Part shown: positions 1 to 12,594 of the stretch, in pieces
Layout: the number at the start of each line of letters is the position of its first letter
How positions within the stretch are numbered: position 1 is the first letter of the stretch
Source of the DNA: Hypanus sabinus
Lineage: Eukaryota
Length of the DNA stretch: 64,000 nt
Assembly: GCF_030144855.1 (NCBI RefSeq)
Contig: NC_082714.1
Location: 94,178,001-94,242,000 of the forward strand
Reading direction: 5' to 3'
Translations under genes and position numbers: made by a program
The notes under the pieces: generated by a model
Database searches by the model: none
Told to the model about the DNA's origin: nothing
The model's input: only the letters and a program-made list of their open reading frames with translations

Positions 1-140
1 CTCAGACCAACCGGAAATAATGAACATCAGTTAATTTGTAGTCCCATCCCTGATTATGTGCAGCTTGCTAGAATTAAAACTAACACTTTTCCTAACTACT
101 GCTTCAATAAATTATAATTTTGCAACGAATGCTGAATTTT
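1..140 (+). repeat. Paralogous copy of the segment just 3' of the receptor gene (matches about 37180-37320); probably the 3' UTR end of a paralog upstream of the window
   Basis: ctcagaccaa...tttgtagtcccatccctgattatgtgcagcttgctagaattaaaactaac aligns with ctcagaccaa...tctgtagtccaatccttcattatgtatagcttgctacgattaaaactaac at 37181-37263. Confidence 0.7.
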
Positions 141-199
141 TCTTGATCATCTAAACGCCCAATTGGTGGCGTGCCTGCCAATTGTTCAAAGATTGATTG

Positions 200-1000
200 C
201 GCAATCACCACTGTAGCCATGGATCCCGAATACTCACTCCAGATTATGAGACGTTCCCAGTGATGGTTCAGGATGAGATTCATACTGACAGGAGGTGAAG
301 AAGATTATCGAGTTAAATGCGTGGCTCAAGGATTGGTGTGGGAAAAGTACGTTTGAATTCGTGGGAAGTTGGGGAAGAAGGGATCTGTACCAATGGGACA
401 GACTACACTGAACCGTGATGGGATCTGGATCCTAGCGAATCGCATAACTAGGGATATGGGCGGGGATTTAAACTAAATAGTAAGGCGTGTGTCCAACAGA
501 TTGGAGAATTAAAAGAGAAAAGTGAGGATAAAGATAAAAAAGCAAAAAAATAAAATACAAAAAAGGAAAAAGTAAGTTTGGTGTGAAGGAAACAGAAGTA
601 CAAAAGAGTAAATGATTGCAAGATTTTAAAAGTACCATGAGTGTAAAGGCAGTTGACTTGAATGCCCACAGTATTCATAACAAGATTAGTAACCTTGTGG
701 CACAGATCAGTACAAAGCGGTATGATTTAATGGCAATTACAGACACGTGGTTGCAAGGTGCGGAGGATTGGGAATTAAATATCCAAGGATATCAGGCAAC
801 ACGGAAGGATAGGCAGCAAGGTAAGTGCTCTTAATTAAAGATGAGATCAGGGCGATAGTGAAAGATGATATAAGATCTAAGGAGTAGAATGCTGAAATCA
901 TCCAGGTAGAGATTGAGAATAGTAAAGGGAAAACTCATCACTCACAGGAGGAAGTTATCTATTGCCCACCGAAATATAACATCACGGTGGCAAATGTGTA
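200..1000 (+). mobile_element. CR1-type LINE 5' part (SGNH esterase ORF1 end plus APE endonuclease start), decayed
   Basis: IIELNAWLKDWCG...LHLNRDG-type esterase remnant; ORF 616-834 DLNAHSIHNK...DLMAITDTWL...IQGY...RKDR is an APE N-terminus. Confidence 0.85.
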
Positions 1001-1449
1001 CAGTACCAGTTGGAGCTCAATACACCGATCTCGACGTCCGGCTCCCTCTAATCACAATCTTCCCAACGGGTGTGTCCGACAACCGGTTCTAAGCATCTAC
1101 TCTCTTCATCCCACGCAGAACGACAGACCGATGTCACATTCCAAAGCATCCTTTATCTCCAACTATAACCCAAACACTGCTTCTAAAGAAAGACCATTGG
1201 GTCAGCAGTGAAACTTTTCGAACTTGAGAACCAATGGTCATTCCACTCCCATGATTATTCATGAAGACAGCGCAGTGAAACTGAAACTTGTGTTTCACGA
1301 ACAAAACATTAAGGAGAGACATGTTCAAAGTGAGCGAAATATGGAAGTCTTTGCTTGGGAGAAATAAATGTACCTATATCAAGTAAAAGATCGGGAAGAG
1401 AGTTTCAATGTGATTATATGTTGTAGTGAAGATGATGGATTTTGCATTC

Positions 1450-1950
1450 AACATAAAGCGTGTATATAATTTGACACTGTTTTAAAGTTTGGTGGTTGCG
1501 GACCCAAATCAGTTTTATTGAGGCCTCTGTTTATTATTCTGTACATCAATCTCGTAACGCATTCCAATTGCTGTCGCTTTTCTGTCAGCTCGCATCAGTA
1601 CAGTCATGCCCCTCTGACTTATCTCATTAAGAAAGTGTTTTCGTCCACAGACCTGTCGTTCACTGGCTTGATTTTCTGCCAGAAAAATCCAAGAGATACA
1701 CAGCTTCCGAGACACACAAACCACGCTGTCAAGCACCTAGAATCACGTCATTTAATGCCACTTATTCCTCATTTTGATGTTTGGTCTCAACAATAAACAA
1801 ACCTCTTTACGAGGTCTGAATTCCTCTATGGTTTGATTTGCTGCCACATGACTTGTTCATTAGGTATTTGCATTAACGGTCAGCAATACCTGATAAAGTG
1901 GGCAATGAGTGTATACACGAGTTGTGTGTATGATATACTGACCTCCAAAG
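1450..1950 (-). mobile_element. Tc1-like DNA transposon fragment
   Basis: ORF 1515-1736 SERQVCGRKHFLNEISQRGMTVLMRADRKAT resembles a Tc1 transposase N-terminus; related pieces recur at about 11.8, 33.7, 56.2 and 61.2 kb. Confidence 0.75.
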
Positions 1951-2088
1951 CATTACGACGTTTTGTGGTTTGATTCGGACTGTGCTGGTTGTTAACCTAA
2001 ACATTGTATTTCACTGTATGTGCCGATATATATATGACAAATAAGACTAATTACATCCTTACCTTTGTTTTTGGAATGACAAGATATA

Positions 2089-3454
2089 TTAAGAAAGCGA
2101 ATCCAAAGAGTTCAGTCCCGTTCGCACACAATTAAATCCCGAAATCTCGATCAGTTGTAAGAAGTTGTGGTATTGCTCTTGTTATCGCTCATTATACTCC
2201 ACACACTCCGGAGCTATATTCCTTTGTGGAACTCAGTACGTCAAGAATCACCTAACAAGTGAAAGGTGCCGTATCGAATACAACCAGATTCTTGTTGCGA
2301 TCCCTCGGACCATCTTTCCGGGAATGATGGCGTAACGACATCATCTGAGTGTACGTTTCGTGGCTGCTGCTCCTGTTTTGTGTTCGCAGCGGAAAGATTG
2401 TAAGGCAGTTAAATGCATGGAAGAATGAAAACGCACCAGATTGACACTTTTCTTGTAAGTCCGGTGCTAAATTTATTTTCCGAATTTGTTCTCCTTCTGC
2501 AGATTTATTTCCCACAACGGCAATTCAGCTTCAATATTAAGATCTTTTTCTTCGTCTTATGCCCATCACCCCCGCTGGAGTATAGAACGCCGACAAATCC
2601 TTCTTCTCCCATGGATAGGGTCTTTGGATCTACTCTGGCGTTTCTGTAGCTCTGGAGTTTCGGATTGGGGTTGCTAGCCTCATGCCCAACCCTGCTCCTT
2701 TCGCAGGCTTGGGGTCACTCATGACCGAGTTACAACGGCAGTATGCAGTCTAAAAATATTGTTACTGAATCGCAAGTAATACTGGGCATAAACGTTTACA
2801 ATGCCAGTGGAAAGGAGATTTTCTTCAAGTAACATCTGTACGTATGGATGCGGTAGAAGGTAGCCAGACACGGGACGTAATCGGCAAACCAGGTTCAATG
2901 GCGAATATACGTGAGATACTATTTCCTGTAGCCGATATAACCACTTCAGCCCCTGGAAGCAAGTTCATAGCAAGCAAGAAAATGACATGGCGTACTCGCA
3001 ATTGACATGTTTGAAACAGAGTAATAATGGCAGAAGGGCATTGTGGATTGTCACAAATGAAACATCCTTTTACTTCCTCGAGACCGGCCGTGGGATTGAT
3101 GTTCAATCTATTTGAGACATAATAGTGTTCGGAGGACAGTCATAACCTGCAGAATTTGCATGGAAATGTTAGGGGTATTCTTCACTCAGTTACGTGCATA
3201 CAAGGGATACTATTCATTCCATAGAATCTGTGACGTAGCAGCAGCCGTTCGACACTCAAGGCCTCACAAGCGAAGAGCAGAAGCAGTTAAGAACTTCCAG
3301 AACCTGCTTTCCTTCACACTCCGCCTGTCCCGAACCTTAACTCGTTTTCACTGATAAACTTACGCCCTTATGAAGACACAACTGATATTGTGATATTGCC
3401 CTTCCATGAAATACGCTAAATTGCGCTAAAGCGAGAAAAAACATACACACGACC
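2089..3454 (-). pseudogene. Decayed long coding exon of an unidentified protein, copy A
   Basis: Polypyrimidine tract plus AG acceptor (ttttccttttatttatgcag, AG at 3455-3456). Frame with EGKQ..LN.FCSSLVR, DNPQCPSAIITLFQ, FAIEPGLPITSRVWLPS, APECVEY, broken by stops and frameshifts. Stop TAA at 2089-2091 is shared with copy B. Confidence 0.65.
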
Positions 3455-3551
3455 CTGCATAAATAAAAGGAAAACAACCCCGACTGATCGATGGATCACA
3501 GATTCAAAACACTGTGACTGTGTGTCCGACTCCATAGAATATTTTTCATGT

Positions 3552-3566
3552 CTTCCGGTGACGTCA
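3552..3566 (+). promoter_or_regulatory. ETS-like plus CRE motif at the L1 5' end (candidate internal promoter)
   Basis: cttccgg followed directly by tgacgtca; ttccggtgacgtca recurs at 12091-12104 in a related 5' fragment. Confidence 0.45.
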
Positions 3567-3680
3567 TCGAGAATGGCAGCTTAAGTCACTAGCTCCTGCG
3601 GAAAAACGCGTATTAAGCCCCGTTAACCCGTCAAATATAATGTTTTTCCAAAAATATTTGAACTGAAAAGAGGGGCAAGA

Positions 3681-4656
3681 ATGGGGAGAAGAAATGGAAA
3701 TTAAAAAAGCGGCATTGCGGAGCCTGCGTCCGAGAGGAGTGCAACGAGCGGCTCTGCTACCCGACCGCATGCCAGCGAGGCGGCTGCTGGGCCTCGTTCA
3801 GTCGAAGCGGCGAATGAATTCGAAATCCTGAAAAAAATAATGAAGGTCCAGAAAGATATAAAACAGCAGCTCCGTGATATCAAGGCAGAGCTCGCCAACG
3901 ATAATCAAAAAACAGCGAAGGCAGAGACTTGCATTGAGAAGGTGGAAGATCGCGTTCAAAACGTGGAACAAATACTGAGGAAGACAATAAAAATAATACT
4001 TCGCCAAGAAGGTAAACTGCTTGCGCTGGAGGGAAGATCACGGCGAAAGGAATATCAGAACCTACAAAGTTCTCAAAGGAGCGGAGGGCTCGTCCATGAC
4101 AGAGTTTGTCGGAAAGTTACTGCGGGACGCGCTGGATCTTCCCCCGGCTATGGAGCTGGAAGTCGAAAGAGCCCATCGCGCGTTACTACCAAAACCTACC
4201 CAGGACAGAAAGCCACGCTCAATAATAATTAAATTCCATCGGTACAGCACCAAGGCGGAGATTCTACGAATGGCCTGGGGTAAGAAGAGAGTGTTTTTAT
4301 AGGATAAATTAAAATATTTCCACCAAGATTAACCCCCCTCCCCGCGGTCCTCCAGAAACGCAGAAAATAAGATTAGATTTCGAACTCCGTACACTGCTAA
4401 ACTTCGAGTGTTTTATGACAACGGGACGCTGTTGTACCAGACAGTGGAAGAGGCGACTACAGACATGAAGGCCAGAGAGTTGCCCGTCAGCATGACCAAA
4501 ACGAAAGAATGCCTGGCTAAGGAATTGTCCTACTCGGCTTGGGAAATAGTACGAGAAACAAGAAGGCAGGAGACGGGAGGAGGCCGAAAGAAACATATCA
4601 GGAAGAGACCGGGAGTTTATCAAAGACAGTCCTCAACCCCTTCAGAAGAGAAATGA
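3681..4656 (+). pseudogene. L1 ORF1p (coiled coil plus RRM/CTD), frameshifted
   Basis: ORF pieces 3840-4232, 4021-4302 (NIRTYKVLKGAEG...LEVERAHRALLPKP...PRSIIIKF) and 4408-4656. Confidence 0.9.
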
Positions 4657-4815
4657 GGTTTGGCTAACTTGAAAAATGCTGAGAAGCTAAACAGAAACAA
4701 AAGTACACGGTGATATACCTATCTCGAGAAATACTTATTATAATATCGATTTTATATTACCTGGTTGTTATTCGTTATTCGCTCACTTACTCCTTTTTTC
4801 CCCACCAAAATATGA

Positions 4816-4822
<7 letters not shown>

Positions 4823-4864
<42 letters not shown>

Positions 4865-4868
4865 CGCG
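4823..4868. repeat. (TG)17(CG)6 microsatellite in the L1 inter-ORF region
   Basis: Read directly from the sequence. Confidence 0.95.
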
Positions 4869-5198
4869 AATGTTTGTGCTTATATATGTGCATATATGTA
4901 GTTATATGCATATATTGGAGGAGTACACAGGAAAAACTTTTCTTGGTAATGGATTTTATCACTGACTTTTATGAATACTGCAATGGGGGCCCTCAACTCA
5001 CAAGTAGGAGGGGTTATCCCCCACAGCTGGACATTTCCTCTAGCTCAACGTAGGATCATTTACCAGAGACTTCAGCCTTGGAATCACACGTTCGTCGCCA
5101 TTTTTGTTATTATTTGAGTTCTTCGTTCTTATTTGTTCAGGGAGTAGATCGATTAAGTTTTATTCTAATTTCAATGATACACTGACAGATAAATACAG

Positions 5199-8100
5199 AT
5201 GGCTAAATACAAGGTAAAATTTATTTCTTTTAATATAAATGAGCTGTTAAATCCAATCAAATGTAAGAGAATTTTATCCAAAATGAAAAAAAGTAAAAGC
5301 CCATGTAGTATATTTACAGGAAACTCATTTAGGTGATACTGAGCATAAAAAGCTAAAGAGAATGGGCTTCAATAATCCGGTTTTCTCTTCATATAAATCA
5401 GGCCATAAGAGAGGAGTTGCTGTTTTTATCTCAAGTAAGCTAAATTTTGAAAAAAATGTATTCAAAATGGGAGATAAAGAAGGCAGATATATTCTGGTAA
5501 AGGGGAATATAGAAAACAATTCAGTTACTCTATTGAATGAGACATCACCGTGAAGTGATATTGTTTTTTTTTCACAAAATATCTGATATCATGGTAACGG
5601 AAACAGAAGGTCTCCTGATATCAAGCGGAAACTTAAATGTACAATTACAAGCAAACTTACTCTTCAAATAGAAAAACCTACGAAACAATATTTTTACATA
5701 AGAAAATTTATACACCTTTTGAGTATGTTGGTTTAATTGATATATGGAGGGACCTTTTCCCTGACAGAAGGGAATGCACCCATTATTCTGCTCAACATTC
5801 TGTATGTACAAGAATAGACTATTCCGTAACATTTGGAAACGACAAAGACAAAATAAACACCTGTGGAATTAGGACAATATATGTAAGTGACCATACACCT
5901 ATATATTTATCTGTTGATTTTGACCTGCAACCAAAGAATACTACTTGGAAACTAAATTTAAGTCTACTCAATGATCCGTACTTCAAGGAAAAATTAAAAA
6001 AGGAATTGGTCTCTCCTTGGAGTTTAATGATAATGGGCTGGCTTCACCTCTCATTTTATGGGATACTCTGAAGGGGGTCTTAAGAGAGAAAATTATATCG
6101 ATATCTTCATATAAGAAAAAAATAAGGAAAAAAAAAACATTAGTGGAGCTAAAAAATAGGCTGAAGGAACTAGAGAAAAAACACAAACTGAATTTGGCAC
6201 AGGATACATTAGGGGAAATTAAAAGTATTAGGAATGAAATAAATAATTTGGCTAGGCATGAAATCAGGAAAAAACTTAATGTTTCTGAAACAGAGACATT
6301 ATGAAAGTGGATCGAAATCCATGAAAATACTCGCGTGGAAATTGAAAAAAAGCAGAAAATACTATTCATAGAATTAGGGACACAAGAAAGAAAATGATAA
6401 AAAATTATCTAAGCGAAATTCAAGAAGCTTTTGAGGTGTCTTACAAAACGCTATATTCCAAAGTTCCAGGGGGAAGCATAACCCAAATTGACACCTTCTT
6501 GAATCCTCTAGCGTTACAGATTTTAAGCGAAGAATAAAATAGAACGATGACTGCTGACATATCTGAAGTTGAATTAAAAGCTGCAATTATTTGGCTTAAA
6601 TTAAGCCAAGTCGCCAGGATCAGATGGGTATACGGCAGAGTGGTATAAAGAACTTAAACATCAGTTAATTCCAGTTTTACACCCCACACTGAACTGGGCT
6701 CTAAAAAAGGCACAAATGCCACCCAGTTGGAAGGAAGCGATAATATCAGCTATACCAAAAGAAAGCAAGGATAAAATGGAATGCGGTTCATTTATACCTA
6801 TATCCGTTCATAATGTAGATTATAGATTACTTACCTGCATCATGGCCAAACGATTAGAAAGTCTCTACCCACACTGATACGTAATGATCAGACAGGTTTT
6901 ATACGACAACGCCAGACTCAAGACAATACACGAAGGACACTTTACATTATGGATTATATACAAAAAAAAAATCGAAGCAATAGTGATAAGCGTGGACGCC
7001 GAAAAAGCATTGGATTCGGTTCATTGGAATTTTCTTTACAGAGTTTTACTTAGATTTAGTTTCCGAGACACAATTACTAAAAGTATACAGTTACTATATG
7101 ACAACCCTACCGCTAGGATTAAAATGAGTGGATATTTAACAAATAGTCTGACCCTAGAAATGGGCACGAGACAGGGTTGTTCATGGTCACCAATACTCTT
7201 CACGTTACATCTGGAACCATTAGCTCAATACATCAGACAAAATGAAGATATCAGGGGAATTACTGTTAAAGGGACAGAGCATAAATTGGCTTGTTATGTG
7301 GATGACATTTTGATCTATCTAGGGCACCCAACACACTCCTTACCTAAATTGATGCAATCCTTTGAACAATATGGTCAATTATCAGGATACAAGATCAACA
7401 TAGATAAAACCCAATTACTTACATATAACTGTGCCCCACCAAGAGAAATTGAAAGTCTATACCACTGGGCATGGCACACAGGTTCATTCAAATATTTGGG
7501 CATCATTATGCCAAAAGATTTGGCAAAATTATCAGAATGTAATTAACAGCCTTTATATAAAAAATTAAGGAAGATGTGGCAAGATGGAGCCTGATTCTTT
7601 TTTCCGTCTCAGTTCAAGGATTGAGTCTATTAAAATGAATATAATTCCTAGACTGCTGTTTCTCTTTCAGACCCTACCAGTAGAGATTAATCAAAATCTA
7701 TTCAATGAAAGGAACAGTATTCTGTCAAGGTATATTTGGCAAGGTAAAAGGCCTATAATTCGTCTCAAAACTTTGCAATTAACAAAGGAAAAGGGGGGCG
7801 ATGCGGCCTAACTTATCTTAGAGATTATTATTGTGCAACACAATTGAGAGCTGTGATATGTTGGTGCAACCCAGCATAAGACGCTCAATAGAAAAACATT
7901 GAGAAGCGGGTACTTCCCATCGCCATACAAGCAATTTTGGCTGATAACAACCTTGAAAGGTACATAAATACTATTGATATCCCATGGGTGAAATAGACTC
8001 TTAAAATATGGAAAACTATTATAAAGGAATATAATCCAGAGGGAGATATTCAATTCTTTAATGGTGTGCATATGACTGATTTTCCAACAAATAAATTGGA

Positions 8101-8990
8101 TGCTAGATTTAAGGACTGGATAGCTAAAGGAATATCATTTCTTAGCAACATACTGAAGAAGGAAAACTGTTCAGTTTTCAAATACTTTAAGAGAAACACT
8201 TATTAGGAAAACAAGAGTTTTATCGGTATTTACAGATGCGGCAGTGTTAACAAGACGCTTGAAAATGTAACCAAGGCAAATACATGCTTGATGGATCTCT
8301 TTACAAAAGCATATAATTCAGATAATGGTATTAGAATCATTTCAGGCATGTATAAGGGGTTGTCAAATCTTAAAACATATTCGACTTCATGCAATAAAAC
8401 AAAATGGGAGAAGGAAGGAGGGAAAATTATATCTGAGGAAGAATGGACAATTCTATGGAGATATCAATGTAAGTGTACCAGTTCACAGAAATGGAGGGAG
8501 TTTGGATGGAAAATCTTCATAAGGTATTTTATGACACCCTCTCAGAAATCCCATTATGATAGTAGACTCCATGTTTGTTGGAGAAATTATGGAAATAAAA
8601 ATGCAAATCATTATCTTATTTTTTGGGACTGCCCTGTTATCAAAATCTATTAGAGGGGGATACAAAATGCCCTACAAGACATCTTTAAATGTGAAATACC
8701 CTTGGAGAGTAAGACCATATATTTTGGATATATTCCTCAAGAATGTTTGGAAAGTGATAAAGATTTAATGAATATACTGTATATACTGTTGGTGGCTGTT
8801 AGAAAGACTCTTACTAGGAAATGGTTATCACAGGAGACTCCAACTTTAAATACATCGATGGCAATTACAATGGACATTTTCAAAATGAAGAAGATAACAG
8901 CATCTGTTATTCATAAGCTGGAACAATTTGATTCATACAGGGAAAAATGATTTAACTACATATTGCCTCATAGGCCTGATTTTATTCTCA
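5199..8990 (+). pseudogene. L1 ORF2p (APE endonuclease, reverse transcriptase, C-terminal Cys/His region), multiply frameshifted
   Basis: Starts MAKYKVKFISFNINELLNPIK; HSVCTRIDY (APE); ISVDAEKALDSV, GTRQGCSWSP, YVDDIL, FKYLGI (RT); CWRNYG...HYLIFWDCP. Confidence 0.93.
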
Positions 8991-10099
8991 GGAATCAATG
9001 AGTTTGTTGTAAAAAAAAAATCACTCCCTACTTGCACATAATTCATTCCTTTTCCTTGTTTTTTTTCTTTCCACTCTTTTCTATAAGTGTATACCCCAGA
9101 TAAATACTTTGTGGAGATTTTGTGATATATATTATTATATGATATGCAGGTACAATGTCTGAAATACATCCTATGGAAATGTTTGTTTGATGAATTTCAA
9201 TAAAAAAATAAATCACAAAAATAATAAAAAAAGAACATTTTTCATCTCACAACACAGACTTTTGGGTACCGTGGTATCATCAGAAGCAGAATAATTCTGA
9301 TGGTGCTGGAAATCTAGAGCAATAATACAGGCGTACACGCAAACACATTCGCACAGCACAATGCTGTAGGACTTCAGCAGGTCAGGCAACAACAATGGAA
9401 ATAATAGATTCAACGTTTTTGGTCGAGTCCCTTCATCAGGTTACGTGAGGGGTCTTGTCCCGAAACGACGATTCTATTCCTCTCCATGGATGCTGCTTGA
9501 CCTGATGCGTTTCTCTAGCAGTTTCTGTGTGTTGCCGCAGTTTCAAATTAACTGGGGTAATATATAAAAATTAACAATTACAGCACGGAACCAGGCCACC
9601 TCAGCCCTTCTACTTAATAAATTAACTGGAAAAGGGAATTCTTAAAGACAGGGAGCAAAGATTAACAATCATTGTGAAACGTCATTATTAGTGTGGTCCT
9701 AGAGAAGGGTCTTGGCCCTAAACTTCGACTGTTTATTCACTTCCATAGATGTTGCCTGGCCTTCTGAGTCCCTCTAGCAAATTGGTTGCGTTGCTTTGGA
9801 TTTCCAGCATCTACAGAATTTTTGGTGTTTATAATTCTGGTGTTTTAAAGATCTCTGATTTGTCGTCAGCTCTTTATATTCCATTTAAATATCAGTCAGA
9901 TTCTCTGGGATTATATATCAAGTGTAATGTATCCAGAGTTGCTGACGACAGAAAACCGGGCAGGAACGCGTTTGGAAAATTGATTTATCCATAAAAATGA
10001 TATCAATCTGTAATAAGAAGAAAGTAGGTACCAAATGGAGAACTATAAGATTGTTCACTGCAAATTCAGACGCAGAACTGGTATTTCGGGTAGATGATA

Positions 10100-11162
10100 T
10101 CTGTTCCATGGCCCTGCGTGTTTGTGCGCCTATATTTGCTAGTACTTTTCGTAGCTGGTGCCGTTAACCCTTGTTTTTTTCTGTTTCATCTTTTCAAGTT
10201 TATTTTAATTGACATTGGTTTTCTGCGTACTTATGTTATTTAAGTCGGATTCTTACTTCACACTCATGGTGGGATCCTGGTTTTTTGAGAATTATTAATT
10301 TCACGGTTGTGCTCGGACAAGCCATCAGTGTTCTGTTGGAATTACAATCAATAAACTCTTGCTTCTGTCTCTGCATGAGAGTATATTCCTCGGCACCTGG
10401 GTTCAGTCGTTTGTCAGCGTACACTGTGACAGTCGTACCCAGAGACAGAAATGGACCCGACGGAATTTCAACAGCCGCTTCGACAACTGTTAGCTGGAGA
10501 CGATATTCTCAGTGCTTGAGTCGAGGCTCTGCTGCGAGTTTTCCTGTGCCTCCCACGGACCTACAGGTTTCCGATGAATATTACATATTCCCGAGTTATA
10601 TGCCATGTTATCGATTTTACCAGCGCTGCCTGGAGAACAATTCTGTTTCGAGTTTACCAGTTCGGTCCTCAGAAATCAGCTATCCCTCGATCTTAACAGT
10701 CCAGTCTCCAGAATATCAGCTCTGTCTCTATTTTTCCGGCACTTTCTCTAGAGCATCATGCTTGTCTCCATTTCATAATCCTGTCTCAAGTAACCTATGT
10801 CTCCTCAGGATGTCACGTACTGGCCTTTGGTAATGATGTACTTCAAAGTGCCATAAGGAGCTGTCAAAGTGTCTTTGTTAATTATTGTTTTATCAAGAAT
10901 CATTAAGCTACTTTGCTTTCTGTTTAATCATGTTAAGTTTATTTTGACTGACACGGGTTTTCTGTGTAGTATGATTATTTATACTAGACTCCCCATTGGC
11001 ACTTATTGCGGTGTCGTGGTGTTTCGAGAAAGATTCGACTGGCTATTGCTCATTCAAGCCACTTACATTCTTGTTGGAATTGTTATCTAAAACTGTCTCT
11101 GTGTGCGAATCTGTGGTTCGTGCGCACCTGGGTTCAGTCGTTTGTCAGTGCACGTCGTGACA
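10100..11162 (+). mobile_element. Short LTR-internal-LTR element (TRIM-like, Gypsy-related)
   Basis: Two diverged direct repeats (about 10100-10431 and 10812-11162), both ending gcacctgggttcagtcgtttgtcag...gtgaca; the second begins tgtcac; the internal part begins ATGGACCCG (MDPTEFQQ). No TSD found. Confidence 0.55.
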
Positions 11163-11779
11163 GTCTCATAGTTGGGTCTCCTTGCTTAGTGGGTTCAAAT
11201 TCGAGACAATTAGAAGGATAACGAGTGGAAGTGATTGAATTGGTATACAGGCCTGGTGCTCTCTTACTGTAAGGCCCTTGGCGCTGAAACACTTTATAAA
11301 GGGCAGCGTGCAGTTTTCTTTTTCGAGGTTGGAATTACTCCATTAACATGACCAAATATGCTCGCAAAAAATGGATTTGTCCGGAGTTTGCAGGGTATAT
11401 TTTAAAATGACAAGTTGCTTCACTTTTGTCAGTAAAAAGGTAATAAAATATAGTGGGGGGCGGGGGTCGGTTCGCAATTGTGCTCGAAGTTCGGCTGGTG
11501 AATATGTGGCGGCGGTGGAGAATTATTTAGGATCGGAGTGGGCACTAAACTGCCAAAGCGGCGTCTGCAACGCAAAATAGAGTTAGATTTGCATTTCGAT
11601 GCCGCCTATCAAAATTTCAGCAGCACAACTAGAGCTTAACACCAATTAATACACTGATGTAGTCATTCCTGTAATATATTAAATAGGGTATGATATGCCT
11701 AACCGGGTGATTTATTTTGCTGAAGTTTCTGAGGGATCGCTGTTAACACTGGTCGCAATGCTCTACTTTCGTTCAGGGT

Positions 11780-12090
11780 TGAGTGATACAGGAATTAAAT
11801 TCTTGCACCTTACACATATATGGTGAAAAGATTCAATTGATGTTTAGACCACACAGCTGAATGGAGATGAAAAGTTCTCTTAAGAGAATTTGGTCGGGAC
11901 GATGGTTGGTGCCAGAGGGAGCGGTTCGGGTACCGTATCTTGGAAACCGCTGCTGTCTTGGAATTTTCACGCAGAACTGTTACTAGCGTTTGCAGAGAAT
12001 GATGTGAAAAACGGTTAAACAATTAAAGAAAAACATCCAGTGAGCAGCAGTTCTATGGGCTAAAACATCTTGTTAATGAGAGAGGTCGTG
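11780..12090 (+). mobile_element. Tc1-like fragment
   Basis: actgttactagcgtttgcagagaatg...agtgagcagcagttctatgggctaaaacatcttgttaatgagagaggtc is homologous to the other Tc1 pieces. Confidence 0.7.
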
Positions 12091-12420
12091 TTCCGGTGAC
12101 GTCATTGTCCAGAATGTCAGCTTAAGTCAATAATTCCTGCGGGAAAATGCATATTTTGTCCCGTTGATCCATCAAATATAAGATCTTCCGAAAATATCTG
12201 AATTGACAAGTAGGGTAATAATGAGGAGAAAGAATGAAGATTAAAGAAAAATCCTCACTGCGGAGCCTATGGAAAAGAGGGGTGCAGCGAACAGCTCTCC
12301 TACCCGTTCGCGTGGTCGGGAGGCTGACTATGGGCCTCGTTCAGGCGATACGCCAAATATGATAAGAATTCTGGAAGGGAGACGGAGAATCCAAAAAGAT
12401 AACAAAAACAGCAAGTGAAT
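12090..12420 (+). mobile_element. 5'-end-only fragment of an L1 related to the 3550-9231 element
   Basis: ttccggtgacgtcattgtccagaatgtcagcttaagtca...tgcggagcct aligns with 3553-3800. Confidence 0.75.
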
Positions 12421-12594
12421 GATATAAAGTGAAGATTGCGCAGAAGAGACGCAGAACGATGCTGGCATGCTTAGTGTTATGAATTATAAGTAAACGTTAA
12501 ACATAGTCGGGTTGTTTTTAAAAACAAATCTGAAAAAAATACACTACGCTGGACGAGCAAATTTTAACCAGAACAACTCCAACACATTTCGGTC

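Larger units (their letters stand above)
3550..9231 (+). mobile_element. Full-length L1-clade LINE (5' UTR, ORF1, ORF2, A-rich tail), frameshifted
   Basis: 14-bp TSD agaatatttttcat (3536-3549) / agaacatttttcat (9232-9245); AATAAA and A-rich tail at about 9198-9231; L1-type ORF1 and APE-RT ORF2. Confidence 0.95.

Noticed and set aside
10285-10833. 182-aa ORF as a host gene
   Set aside because: It runs across LTR-like repeats, has no recognisable domain and starts at a non-ATG codon.
11586-11593. Ig-promoter octamer ATTTGCAT
   Set aside because: No leader or V exon follows; the same 8-mer also occurs in the Tc1 fragments, so chance is likely.
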